Position numbers and translations under genes: made by a program | Part shown: piece after piece, positions 45,613 through 54,849 of the stretch | Position numbering within the stretch: position 1 is the first letter of the stretch | Layout: each line of letters starts with the position of its first letter | Notes under the pieces: model-generated | Databases searched by the model: none | Seen by the model: the letters and a program-made list of their open reading frames with translations, nothing else | What the model was told of the DNA's origin: nothing | Assembly (NCBI GenBank): GCA_016783125.1 | Contig: JADHXE010000003.1 | Coordinates: 1 to 54,849, forward strand | Direction: 5' to 3' | From: Anaerolineales bacterium | GTDB lineage: Bacteria; Chloroflexota; Anaerolineae; Anaerolineales; UBA11858 | DNA length: 54,849 nucleotides

Positions 45613-45640
45613 TTGACTCTTTCCCATCCTTCGGTATAAT
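45613..45640 (+). promoter_or_regulatory. Sigma70 promoter of the serS leader
   Basis: TTGACT-16-TATAAT. Confidence 0.75.
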
Positions 45641-45667
45641 CGCTGCATTCCGATCTCAAAAAGATCA

Positions 45668-45980
45668 GCACGGAGACAAGTAATCGTCAAACCTTCCAGA
45701 GAGCCGCCGGTCGGTGTGAGGCGGCAGGCCAAACGATGAAATCCCCTCCGTCAGTAGGACAGGTTGTCAACCTGTCGACAGATTATCAATCTGTCCTACG
45801 CGTCGCTCCCGCAGGAATAGTTATTCACGACTGTTGTAAGGGAGCCGGGTTCGCCCGTTAGCGCGAATTAGAGACCCCCACCCGGCCTCTCCCGATTTCG
45901 GGGGAGGGGGTAAAAGGGGTGAACGCAGGTGGCACCACGAGCGCCCCCCTCGTCCTGCACGGAGAGGGGGGCTGATTCAT
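45668..45980 (+). promoter_or_regulatory. T-box riboswitch (Ser, UCC specifier)
   Basis: Stem I with AGTA, AGAGA and GGTGTGAG motifs; GAAA-TCC specifier (45742-45744); T-box AGGTGGCACCACG (45927-45939); hairpin gcccccctc...gagggggg; lies upstream of serS. Confidence 0.9.
45754..45800. repeat. GTAG REP doublet inside the T-box leader
   Basis: gtaggacaggttgtcaacctgtc-gacagattatcaatctgtcctac. Confidence 0.8.
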
Positions 45981-46097
45981 TAATATGCCTGTAGTGTGCC
46001 ACGAGAGTGGCACGAGCACTATCGTGCTCTTGCCGCTTTGCGTACCTTCGGTATGCACACCTGTGGCGCTACAAACATTACACAATGGAGGTGCACC

Positions 46098-47372
46098 ATG
46101 TTAAACATCAACCTGATCCGAGAAAACCCTGACCTTGTGCGAGAGGCGCTAAAAAAGCGCCAGGAAGATTCCGCGCCTGTTGACCGGGTGCTTGAATTAG
46201 ACGCGCAGCGCCGCGATCTGATTCAAGACGTGGAAACCCTCAAAGCGGAGCGCAATGCCGGCTCAAAAGAAATCAGTCGTACCAAAGACCCGGAGGCGCG
46301 TCAGGCCAAGATCGAGGCCATGCGCGCCGTGGGGGATAAAATCAGCAATATCGATGAAGGACTCCGCCAGGTACAGGCATCACTCGATGCCGTAATGTCC
46401 ACCCTGCCCAATATACCGGACGAGCGGACTCCCTTAGGGGTGGATGAATCCGAAAACGTGATCATTAAAACCGTGGGGGAGAAAACTAAATTAGACTTCG
46501 ACCCCAAGCCGCACTGGGACCTAGGGCCTGAGTTGGGCATCATCGATTTCGAGCGCGGCGTCAAGCTGACGGGGTCACGCTTCTACGTACTCAGCGGAGC
46601 CGGGGCGCGTTTGCAGCGAGCCTTGATCGCTTTCATGCTCGACTTGCATATCCGTCAGGGCTATACCGAGAAATACACCCCCTTCATGGTTCGTACCGAT
46701 ACCGTCTTTGGGGCAGGCCAACTGCCCAAGTTCGCCGACAACCTCTACAAAGATCACGAAGAGGATATCTACTTTGTGCCCACTGCTGAAGTGCCTTTAA
46801 CCGGCCTGCACATGGACGAGATCATCCCCGAAGAAGAGCTGCCCCTTTACTATACCGCCTACACGCCCTGCTTCCGCCGCGAGAAGATGAGCGCCGGGCG
46901 CGACGTACGCGGCATCAAACGCGGCCACCAATTCGACAAGGTCGAGATGTACATGTTCGTCAAGCCCGATGACTCGCCCGCAGCCTTCGAGAAGATGATT
47001 GCCGACGCCGAGGCGACCTGTGAAGAATTGGGTTTTACCTATCGCATCAACCAGCTCTGCACTGGCGACCTGGGCTTTGGCGCATCGATCACTTACGATA
47101 TCGAAATATGGGCCGCAGCCAGCCAGGAGTGGCTGGAGGTCTCATCGATCTCGAACGTGACGGATTTTCAAGCCCGCCGGGCGAATATCCGTTACAGGCC
47201 GGAAGAAGGCGGCAAACCCCGCTTCCTACACACCCTCAACGGGTCAGGGTTGGGCATGCCGCGCGTGATGATCACCATCCTGGAGAACTATCAGCAGGCT
47301 GACAGCTCGGTGGTCGTGCCCGAGGTACTGCGCCCCTGGATGGGCGGCATCGATGTCATTCGCCCGGAGTAG
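46098..47372 (+). CDS. serS: Serine--tRNA ligase
   Basis: N-terminal coiled-coil arm, PTAEVP, FRRE..SAGRD.RG..R.HQF.KVE, EVSS.SN..DFQARR, TLNGSG; GGAGG RBS. Confidence 0.97.
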   Translation: MLNINLIRENPDLVREALKKRQEDSAPVDRVLELDAQRRDLIQDVETLKAERNAGSKEISRTKDPEARQAKIEAMRAVGDKISNIDEGLRQVQASLDAVMSTLPNIPDERTPLGVDESENVIIKTVGEKTKLDFDPKPHWDLGPELGIIDFERGVKLTGSRFYVLSGAGARLQRALIAFMLDLHIRQGYTEKYTPFMVRTDTVFGAGQLPKFADNLYKDHEEDIYFVPTAEVPLTGLHMDEIIPEEELPLYYTAYTPCFRREKMSAGRDVRGIKRGHQFDKVEMYMFVKPDDSPAAFEKMIADAEATCEELGFTYRINQLCTGDLGFGASITYDIEIWAAASQEWLEVSSISNVTDFQARRANIRYRPEEGGKPRFLHTLNGSGLGMPRVMITILENYQQADSSVVVPEVLRPWMGGIDVIRPE

Positions 47373-47404
47373 AGGCAACTTTTTACAGCAATTCTCGTAG
47401 AAAG

Positions 47405-47494
47405 GGAATAGAGACTAAGTAGAGGAGTAAGGAGTATGGAGTAGGGAGTAGGGAATCAAGCCCCAATGGCCTGCTCCCTTACTCCATACTCCCT
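47405..47494. repeat. (GGAGTAN)n heptamer hairpin
   Basis: ggagtaaggagtatggagtagggagtaggg ... ctcccttactccatactccc. Confidence 0.8.
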
Positions 47495-47515
47495 GATAAC
47501 CCAAAGGAGGCTATC

Positions 47516-48013
47516 TTGCCCGCTTGGCTGGAAACAACAACTTTAGTAATGATCATCCTCACCATGGCGGTGGGGCAACTAGGCCTGATCATCCCCATAT
47601 TCCCGGGGAATGTGGTCATCTGGGCGGCTGCCCTGGTTTATGGTGTAGTGTTCGGATTCGGCAATTGGGGTGGGGTGCTGTTCGCCCTGATCACATTGTT
47701 GATGCTGGTCGCGGTGGGCGCCGATAACTTACTGATGGGCGCCAAGGCCCGTGAAAAGGGCGCTTCCTGGGGCTCGATCATCGCGGCCCTGGCGGCTGGT
47801 GTGATTTTCACCTTCATCTTTCCCCCTATTGGCGGGATCATTGCCGCCCCGTTGATCCTCTATTTGATGGAGTTCCGCCGGCTGAATGATAGTAAACAAG
47901 CTACCGATGTGGTGCGCGGCCTGCTATGGGGTTTGGGATTATCCTTTTTGGCTCGTTTCGGTTTAGGCTTGCTGATGATCGCTGTCTGGGCTGCCTGGGC
48001 ATTTTTTAACTGA
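47516..48013 (+). CDS. DUF456-like membrane protein
   Basis: G.IIP..PG, GAK...GAS, P.GGII; AGGAGG RBS before a TTG start. Confidence 0.8.
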   Translation: MPAWLETTTLVMIILTMAVGQLGLIIPIFPGNVVIWAAALVYGVVFGFGNWGGVLFALITLLMLVAVGADNLLMGAKAREKGASWGSIIAALAAGVIFTFIFPPIGGIIAAPLILYLMEFRRLNDSKQATDVVRGLLWGLGLSFLARFGLGLLMIAVWAAWAFFN

Positions 48014-48070
48014 CCGGGGACAGAAGACGGAGGACGGGAGAAACCGGTCTTCCGTCCTCTGTCATCCGTC
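48011..48070. repeat. Heptamer hairpin spanning two convergent stop codons
   Basis: tgaccggggacagaagacggaggacggg ... ccggtcttccgtcctctgtcatccgtc; near-identical to 52161-52228 inside dnaE. Confidence 0.8.
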
Positions 48071-48649
48071 CGGGGCAAAAAACGTCATTCCCACCCCCAT
48101 GCGCTCCAGGCCCTCCTCGGCCCAATGTCTTACCAATGTAGAATCGTCATCCAGGGCTTCAAAAAGAATAGGGATTGCGGACTGATCTTCGATAAAAGCT
48201 AACGCACGCACGGCCTCCAGACGAGCAGTTTGGGGGCCGTTTTCCATTACCCCAATCAAGAATGGCACTGCCCCCAAGCCCACAGCGATCAAGGCTTCAG
48301 CGGCTAAACGTCTCAGCAATTGGTCAACATCGCTCAAGGCGAACAGCAGCTCAGGGATATTCTCATCCGATGCGTGCTCCTTGAGGGCTAAAGCCGCGCA
48401 CTGGCGCACGGATAGATCAGGGTCATGCAACCCCTTTCGGAGCAAATGTGCTGCTTCGGGATCAGCGATCTCTGCCAGGGCGCGCGTGGCCCACCAACGG
48501 GTATCCGCGTCCGCACCGGGGGAAGCAAGTATTTCTTTCAGCGCGGGTAATGCTTCGTCCCCAAATGCAGCTATCTCGACTGCGGCGGATTCGGCCAGTT
48601 CGTCATCGCCGGATATGAGGTTAGATATTAGAGATTGGAGATTGGGCAT
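48062..48649 (-). CDS. HEAT/PBS-lyase repeat protein
   Basis: Repeated R..A..AL..I...A.P.L..L.D motifs. Confidence 0.85.
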   Translation of the reverse strand: MPNLQSLISNLISGDDELAESAAVEIAAFGDEALPALKEILASPGADADTRWWATRALAEIADPEAAHLLRKGLHDPDLSVRQCAALALKEHASDENIPELLFALSDVDQLLRRLAAEALIAVGLGAVPFLIGVMENGPQTARLEAVRALAFIEDQSAIPILFEALDDDSTLVRHWAEEGLERMGVGMTFFAPDG

Positions 48650-48738
48650 TACAGGTATACACGTATCAAGTAAACAGGTGGCAATGAGTCCCTGGTGGCT
48701 GCCTGTTTACTTGTCTACTTGTTTACTTTATACCCAGA

Positions 48739-48957
48739 CTACTTTTCCGGCGGGGGGATGGGCAGATCGCCTTTAGCTGTTTCCACCCACTTGTCACCCT
48801 CATCGATCAGCATGACTGGGATGTCATCGCGGATAGGGTACTTACGTCCACAATCCTGGCAGATGAACCAGGATTCTTTGTAGTGTTCCAGCAAACCTTC
48901 CGTATCCCGCACACAGGCGGGGCAGCGTAAGATTTCAATGAGTTCTTGACTAACCAT
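48739..48957 (-). CDS. Trm112/YcaR-like small protein
   Basis: LIEILRCPAC...CQDCGRKYPIRDDIPVMLIDE. Confidence 0.9.
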   Translation of the reverse strand: MVSQELIEILRCPACVRDTEGLLEHYKESWFICQDCGRKYPIRDDIPVMLIDEGDKWVETAKGDLPIPPPEK

Positions 48958-48969
48958 CAGTTTCTCCAA

Positions 48970-49146
48970 TTATAGTAGTTGTTTGAATTCTTCAACGGTT
49001 TCAATGTACAACTGAATAGCGTCTTTAATATTTTCCAACGCTTCTTCTTCAGTCACTCCTTGAGACCAGCATCCAGGTAACCCTGGACACCAGATCGCGA
49101 ATCCTTCCTCATTTTGTTCAAGTTTTACTTTATATTGCATAGTCAT
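48970..49146 (-). CDS. HicB-family antitoxin (N-terminal domain only, orphan)
   Basis: Y.V.LEQ.EEG....CPGLPGC.SQG.T.EEALENIKDAI; no adjacent hicA. Confidence 0.85.
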   Translation of the reverse strand: MTMQYKVKLEQNEEGFAIWCPGLPGCWSQGVTEEEALENIKDAIQLYIETVEEFKQLL

Positions 49147-49176
49147 CTTCCTCCGATAATCTGGAGCCAAGAGCTA

Positions 49177-49728
49177 TTAGACATCCTCGAAGCGGATATT
49201 GATATTGGTGGTGCCATTACCAAGATCCACACCTTGAACCACTATGGCCTCGCCGCTTTCGTGACCATCAAAGACCATGCTAAAGGTGGTTTCGGTAATC
49301 GCTGTGTTGAGTGTGCGTTCTATCAATCCCATCTCAGTGAGCGCACCACGGTAGAACTCGATGGCTTCTTCTACCGTCAGGCTGGTGGCGAAATTGACCT
49401 GGTCGCCGCCGCCGGTGAAGTTTTGCACGTCATCGGGCAGAGGGAACTCAGTATCATATTCTCGAGATTCCTCAGACATGTCATCATCTTCATGATCTTC
49501 TGCCTCGTCTGCCTCGTCGGCATCGTCGGCATCGTCGGCATCCTCCGCTTCTTCCGCGTGACTCTCTTCAGCCTCATCGGCATCTTCAGAATGACTGTCT
49601 TCTGCATCTTCGCCAGCCATCTCCTCGGCAGCAGGGGCTTGGCTTTCTTCGACAGCAGCTTCCGGAGAAGAGCAAGCCACACCGATTACCAGGAGTAATA
49701 CAAATATAAGTGATAGTTTACGGTTCAT
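49177..49728 (-). CDS. Lipoprotein with an acidic low-complexity linker
   Basis: Lipobox GVAC, Asp/Glu/Ala/His-rich linker, then an EFPLP..V globular domain. Confidence 0.75.
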   Translation of the reverse strand: MNRKLSLIFVLLLVIGVACSSPEAAVEESQAPAAEEMAGEDAEDSHSEDADEAEESHAEEAEDADDADDADEADEAEDHEDDDMSEESREYDTEFPLPDDVQNFTGGGDQVNFATSLTVEEAIEFYRGALTEMGLIERTLNTAITETTFSMVFDGHESGEAIVVQGVDLGNGTTNINIRFEDV

Positions 49729-49772
49729 GTTTTTTCCTTTGACGATAAATTTGTATGAAGAAATGATGTGAT

Positions 49773-50699
49773 CTAACGACACGGTTCCCGCCAGGCATCT
49801 AACTCCCAATTCTTCTTGAGGAAATCGAAATTCATGGCGTTGACCTGAGGACAGAACTCATCGCTGTCGAGTTCGTATTCTACCCCAAAAACTGATTTTC
49901 CGGAGTGCACAAATGGCAAAAGGAGATCGCATTCATCGTAATAGAAACACTCTTCGTTCAACGCCCAATCGAAATAGAGCACCAGGTCTTGGATCTGATC
50001 TAAATCGTTCTTCAAGCCGATAGATAACCCACGTGCATGGGCGACTTCAGCCAACCAGAGATTGTATTCGAGCTGATCCTGATAAGTTAGGGAAAAGCCG
50101 CTCTGATTGGCATACCCATCCATATTGTCTGGTTCAACACCGTCACAACCTTTGTCAACGGCCAAATCCAGGCGGGCTTCCATGATGGGGGCTAGCAACT
50201 CTATTTGGCGGATATCCAACCACTTTTCATCAGGCCAGCCTTCAAGTTCTTTCCCAAGAAGTTCAGTTGGAAAATCATCGGCATCCTCACGCCAGTCTTC
50301 CCAACTCCCGGCGCTGAAGTAGCAGATCACCACGCGGCCATCGGCGTGCAGTTCATCAATTACATTCTGAGGGGCCTCGAAGAGGTCGATATCATACACC
50401 TGAACATCGAGGGTTGTGTCGATCTCCCCAGACAACTGCCACTGCCAACTCGTACCAGGAGCAGGCTGCCACCAATTAGAATCCTGGCTGACCTCTTGAG
50501 CAGGAATCGTGGAAAAGGTTTCTGTTGGCTGAACTGGAATATCCCCAAAAGATGGGGCAAAAGAGCAAGCAGCAAGGAGAAAGAGTGTCGTGAAAACCCC
50601 CAGCCGTAAGATGGCTTTGGCATCAATCGCTTCGCTCGCTTTGCGTGCCTTGGCGTGCGTGCCGTTGGCATGACGCACCTTTGGTGTGCCAGCACTCAT
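49773..50699 (-). CDS. Endo-alpha-1,4-polygalactosaminidase (GH114) lipoprotein
   Basis: WQWQL, YDIDLF, ICYFSAGS.E.WR.D, KGCDGVEPDN.D, GLKNDL.Q, NEEC, EY; lipobox LAAC. Confidence 0.9.
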   Translation of the reverse strand: MSAGTPKVRHANGTHAKARKASEAIDAKAILRLGVFTTLFLLAACSFAPSFGDIPVQPTETFSTIPAQEVSQDSNWWQPAPGTSWQWQLSGEIDTTLDVQVYDIDLFEAPQNVIDELHADGRVVICYFSAGSWEDWREDADDFPTELLGKELEGWPDEKWLDIRQIELLAPIMEARLDLAVDKGCDGVEPDNMDGYANQSGFSLTYQDQLEYNLWLAEVAHARGLSIGLKNDLDQIQDLVLYFDWALNEECFYYDECDLLLPFVHSGKSVFGVEYELDSDEFCPQVNAMNFDFLKKNWELDAWREPCR

Positions 50700-53600
50700 T
50701 GAAAAGTGATCGTCTCGATACGGATATTTTCTTGCCCCATCAGGTCATGTAATTCTGCGATCAGATCAGGGTTGAGGCGAGTTGTATAGTTGGGGAAATC
50801 CAGTAAATAACCGCGCCCATCTTCAAAGATGTGGAACGCAAAACGATCAAACCCCGGGTAGCTGATCAATTTGCCAAAGATGCGGCGCATCAATAAACCA
50901 TCACGGATACGGCCCAATGCGGGCCGCATGATCACAGTGATCATGCGGATATCATCGCCATCCATTGCAGGTAAACCTGACAAGGCTGGCACCGACGGTG
51001 AGATCGACTCGGCGATCACCTCGCCTGGTTCAGCTGCAGCAGAAGCTGCATCAGAACCCGTTTCCCCCGCGATGATCTCGTGCAGTTGCTGCACTTCTTG
51101 GAATTCCTCGGCCAGAGATAAGGCCTCTTCGATCAACGATCCCTTCTCTTGAGGTTCTTCGGCTTGCTCTTCAGAAGCTTGCGCTTCCACAGGGGCGCCG
51201 TTGATCGCTTCCCAGTCGTCCGGGAAAGCATCTGGGGGTGGGGGCAGGCCATCATCGTCCCAGGTGCTCGGCTCGTATGCAGGCGCATCTTCGGCGACCT
51301 GGGGTTCACGAGACTCTGCCTGGGGGCGCGTATCAGTCTTTTTATCAGGAACCACGCCAAACCGTCTGTCTGAACTTCCCCCTGGGGGAGGACCCATCTG
51401 CGGGTAAGTATCAACTAAAGGCGTGACATGATTCAGCTCTGTGGTGATATGATCCACCAAAATCTTTGGCTCTACTCCTTGGGCATCCACTTTGCCATCT
51501 ACCATCACAATGGTGTCGAATTCGATGAGGTCGCGGTACTTCTCCCAGGTGCGCGGGAAGATCACCAGATCGATATTGCCCTGCATATCTTCAAGCGTGA
51601 CAAAGCCCATGGGCTGGCCCTTTTTGGTGGTATGGGGTCGCATACGGGCGATCAGGCCGGCCACTCGCACTGGCTGCCTGTCGTTGGCCTCGACCAGCTC
51701 AGTTGAGTAATGGGTGACGTTCTGATCGATAGCATCCATCACTGTACTGAGAGGGTGATCGGAGACATACAGGCCAATTAGCTCACGCTCCCAATCAAGC
51801 TGCTCACGGCGGGTAACCTCAGCATCGATGGAAGGCAATTGGATATTCTCCACCAGACCCGTTTGAGCCCCAAACATGCTCATTTGCCCAGAGTCAGCGG
51901 CTGCAAAATAGGATGAGCTGAGTGAAACGATGCGATCAAGAGAATCGAATAAGGCCGGGCGAACGCCAAACACATCCAAGGCCCCCACCTTGATCAGACA
52001 CTCGAGGGCGCGTTTACCCACTTTGCGCAGATCAGCGCAGCGGACGAATTCGTTGAGATCAACAAAGGGGCCATCCACACGAGCTTCCAGGAGCGTATCG
52101 ACGGGGCCATGACCGACGTTCTTGACCGCGCCTAAGCCAAAGCGAATGGCGGATTTGGCTTGACCGGGGACCGAAGACGGAGGACGGGCTTCTACGTCCC
52201 GGTCTCCCGTCTCCGGTCTTCCGTCTTCAATGGAGAAATCCCACAAGCTTTTGTTGATATCGGGAGGCAATACCTCGATGCCCATGCGGCGGCAGTCGGC
52301 AACGTAAACCGCTACTTTGTCGGTATTGTTCAGTTCAACCGATAGCAGAGCCGTCATATATTCGACGGAGTAATGAGTTTTGAGATAGGCCGTTTGCACA
52401 GCGATCACGCCATAGTCAGCGGCGTGGCCTTTGGGGAAGCCATAGCGGGCGAAAGCCTCCCAATTATCGAAGATTTCATTGGCAACTTCTTCAGAGACGC
52501 CGTTCTCAACAGCGCCGCTCACAAAACGGGTGCGCTGCTGCGTGAGCACATTGGCCTTCTTCTTGGCGACACCCTTGCGCAAAAAGTCAGCTTCTGAAGC
52601 CGTATACCCGGCCAGATTCATGGCCGAATACATGATCTGTTCCTGATAAACCGTGATCCCGTAGGTTTCTTCCAAGATGGGTTCGAGCTTGGGGTGCAGG
52701 TATTCGATCTTTTCTTGCCCATGCATACGCTTGATATAGCTGGGGATGAACTCCATCGGGCCTGGGCGGAAGAGGGCCACCATGGCGATGACATGATCCA
52801 GGTTTTGGGGTTTCATCTCCACCAGATTACGGCGCATACCGGCTCCCTCTACCTGGAAGACTCCAGCGGTTTCGCCGCGCCCCAAGAGTTCATAGGTTTC
52901 AGGATCATCTAACGGAATATTATTGAGATTGAACTCTACACCATGCCGTTCTTCGATCAAATCGCAAGCCCGGGCCATCACGGTCAATGTCGATAAACCC
53001 AGGAAATCCACTTTGAGCAAGCCCTGTTCGTCGATGACCGACATCTCGAATTGGGTGACGGTTTTTACCGGGCTATCTTGGGCCGAGCCGGTCGGTCGAT
53101 GCAAGGGCAAGTATTCAATAATGGGTTTGTCTGTGACAACCACCCCCGCAGCATGTGTCCCGGCATTGCGGACAACACCCTCCATCCCTTTGGCGGTGTC
53201 GATTAGATCTTTGATATAGCCGATTGATTCATAGGCTTTTTTGAAATCGGGGACGGTTTCCAAAGCCTGTTCGATGGTCACCGGCTTGCCGGGGATAGCA
53301 GGGATGAGTTTTGCAATGCGGTCTACTTCGTTGTTGGGGATGTCTTTTACGCGCCCGACGTCGCGGATCGCTGCGCGGGCTTTCATGGTGCCAAATGTGA
53401 TAATCTGCGCCACCTTGTCGTCGCCATATTTTCGGGCAGTATATTCCATCATTTCGGCGCGGCGGTCATCGCGGAAATCCAGGTCAATGTCGGGCATAGA
53501 AACACGCCCGGGGTTGAGGAAGCGCTCGAAGATCAGTTCGTGCTCAATGGGATCAACCAGGGTGATTTCTAAAGCATAAGCCACAATCGAACCCGCCGCA

Positions 53601-54679
53601 GAACCGCGCGCGTTGTACCAGATGCCCTCTTTTTTGGCGTATTGACATAAATCCCACACGATCAGGAAGTAGGCATCAAAGCCCATGGTATGGATAATAT
53701 CTAACTCGTATTTCAACCGCTCTTGATAAAGCGCGTCTTGGGCATGGGAACCAAAGCGCTTTTCCAGACCGCGCTCACACAGTTCCCGCAGGTAAGATTC
53801 GGTATCATAGCCTTCAGGGACAGAAAAATCGGGCAAGCGATATCCTTTGAACCCCAGGTCTACCTCGCAGCGTTCGGCAATCAAGAGCGTGTTGCTCAAC
53901 GCTTCCGGCACTTCAGCAAAAATGCTGCCCATCTCTTCAGCGCTTTTCAGGTAATAGGTGCTATCCGACATGCGCATCCGCTTGGGATCGGTGAGCAGCG
54001 AGCCGGTCTGCACGGCCAACAAGATATCCTGCAACTCAGCGTCGGAGGGGTTGATGTAGTGGACATCATTGGTCGCCACATAGCGGGCTTTATAGCGCGG
54101 GCCAAGTTCCAGCAGCGCCTTGTTGATATTGGCTAACTCGGGGATTTCGTGTTCTTGAAGTTCGAGATAGAAATTTTCCGCGCCGAAGACTTCATAGTAC
54201 CAATCCAACTTCGCGCGTGCTCCCGTTATGTCACCATTATTTATGGCCCGAGGAATTTCAGCAGCCATGCAGCCCGAAGTGCAGATCAACCCCTCGGCGT
54301 GTTCGGCCAGGAATTCATGGTCTATGCGCGGGCGATAATAGAAGCCTTCGAGTTGAGCAGCAGAAGCGATTTTGAGCAGATTCTGGTACCCTGCTTGATT
54401 CTGTGCCAACAGTAGCAGGTGGGAAGATTTTTTGTCAAGCTGGGCGATGCGATCGGTCATGCGCCGGGCGGCCATATAAGCTTCCAACCCAATGATCGGT
54501 TTGATGCCTGCCTCGGTAGCCGCGTTATAAAAATCGATCACACCGAACATGGTGCCATGATCGGTGATCGCCAAAGCAGGCATCTCTAACTCGGCGGCGC
54601 GCTGAACCAGCTTCTCGATATTACTAAAGCCGTCGAGCAGAGAGTATTCAGTGTGGGTGTGGAGATGGACGAAGGACAT
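50696..54679 (-). CDS. dnaE: DNA polymerase III alpha subunit
   Basis: PHP (HLHTHTEYSLLDG, TDHG, TNDVHY), RGSAAGS, MPDIDLDF, HAAGVV, GLLKVDFLGL, YQEQ, IRFGL, OB fold. Confidence 0.98.
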   Translation of the reverse strand: MSFVHLHTHTEYSLLDGFSNIEKLVQRAAELEMPALAITDHGTMFGVIDFYNAATEAGIKPIIGLEAYMAARRMTDRIAQLDKKSSHLLLLAQNQAGYQNLLKIASAAQLEGFYYRPRIDHEFLAEHAEGLICTSGCMAAEIPRAINNGDITGARAKLDWYYEVFGAENFYLELQEHEIPELANINKALLELGPRYKARYVATNDVHYINPSDAELQDILLAVQTGSLLTDPKRMRMSDSTYYLKSAEEMGSIFAEVPEALSNTLLIAERCEVDLGFKGYRLPDFSVPEGYDTESYLRELCERGLEKRFGSHAQDALYQERLKYELDIIHTMGFDAYFLIVWDLCQYAKKEGIWYNARGSAAGSIVAYALEITLVDPIEHELIFERFLNPGRVSMPDIDLDFRDDRRAEMMEYTARKYGDDKVAQIITFGTMKARAAIRDVGRVKDIPNNEVDRIAKLIPAIPGKPVTIEQALETVPDFKKAYESIGYIKDLIDTAKGMEGVVRNAGTHAAGVVVTDKPIIEYLPLHRPTGSAQDSPVKTVTQFEMSVIDEQGLLKVDFLGLSTLTVMARACDLIEERHGVEFNLNNIPLDDPETYELLGRGETAGVFQVEGAGMRRNLVEMKPQNLDHVIAMVALFRPGPMEFIPSYIKRMHGQEKIEYLHPKLEPILEETYGITVYQEQIMYSAMNLAGYTASEADFLRKGVAKKKANVLTQQRTRFVSGAVENGVSEEVANEIFDNWEAFARYGFPKGHAADYGVIAVQTAYLKTHYSVEYMTALLSVELNNTDKVAVYVADCRRMGIEVLPPDINKSLWDFSIEDGRPETGDRDVEARPPSSVPGQAKSAIRFGLGAVKNVGHGPVDTLLEARVDGPFVDLNEFVRCADLRKVGKRALECLIKVGALDVFGVRPALFDSLDRIVSLSSSYFAAADSGQMSMFGAQTGLVENIQLPSIDAEVTRREQLDWERELIGLYVSDHPLSTVMDAIDQNVTHYSTELVEANDRQPVRVAGLIARMRPHTTKKGQPMGFVTLEDMQGNIDLVIFPRTWEKYRDLIEFDTIVMVDGKVDAQGVEPKILVDHITTELNHVTPLVDTYPQMGPPPGGSSDRRFGVVPDKKTDTRPQAESREPQVAEDAPAYEPSTWDDDGLPPPPDAFPDDWEAINGAPVEAQASEEQAEEPQEKGSLIEEALSLAEEFQEVQQLHEIIAGETGSDAASAAAEPGEVIAESISPSVPALSGLPAMDGDDIRMITVIMRPALGRIRDGLLMRRIFGKLISYPGFDRFAFHIFEDGRGYLLDFPNYTTRLNPDLIAELHDLMGQENIRIETITFQ
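52161..52228. repeat. Heptamer hairpin inserted in frame in dnaE
   Basis: Encodes EDGRPETGDRDVEARPPSSVPGQ between the ..DFSI and AIRFGL segments. Confidence 0.8.
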
Positions 54680-54849
54680 GGATGATAGTCTGGTAGTCGC
54701 TTAGTCTAATACCTTATTTTTGCGCAAAACTAGCAGGTTTCTATTCGATAACGCAAACAGGCGGCATTTCTAATCGGTAAAAAACATCCCAAAACAGGCC
54801 GATTTCGGTATCCTTGCTAAAAAGCTTTAGACTTATCACCACAAGGAGA

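Noticed and set aside
50696-54679. Intein or split in dnaE
   Set aside because: The ORF is continuous with no intein N- or C-terminal splice motifs seen; the extra length is explained by the repeat insert and the acidic linker

Overview
Bacterial genomic DNA, most likely Chloroflexota (Anaerolineae-like). This is inferred from a T-box-controlled serS, a sortase remnant, many lipoproteins, apparent leaderless genes and dense short-period repeat hairpins. Bases 1-12.2 kb hold an accessory, visibly more AT-rich stress/dormancy cluster on the minus strand (CarD-like, small alarmone synthetase, PAS, CmpX/TM-helix, B12 radical SAM, baeRF, SPFH, micro-ORFs) divergent from a BTAD/SARP-AAA regulator. 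Bases 12.2-14.5 kb hold a compact large-serine-recombinase element bounded by an 11-bp direct repeat of a tRNA-Asp 3' end, with a promoter and hairpin RNA that partly matches the target site. Bases 14.6-54.8 kb are mostly core genes (comM/yifB, acpS, M16 pair, FNR-like, dipeptidase, mutY, M1 peptidase, RlmI-like, serS, dnaE) interleaved with accessory cassettes. These include a TIR + pYEATS-TIR candidate defence pair flanked by a duplicated repeat, two toxin-antitoxin pairs, an orphan hicB, and an envelope locus (GT39, GtrA, GT2, DUF1566, aryl-sulfotransferase, OmpR/BaeS-like pair). Three proteins of that locus share a 4-Cys module and three of its promoters share one operator. Many REP, MITE and 7-9-bp-repeat palindromes occur, several inserted in frame into proteins or into the T-box. 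Family calls come from motif recognition by eye; no database search was run.
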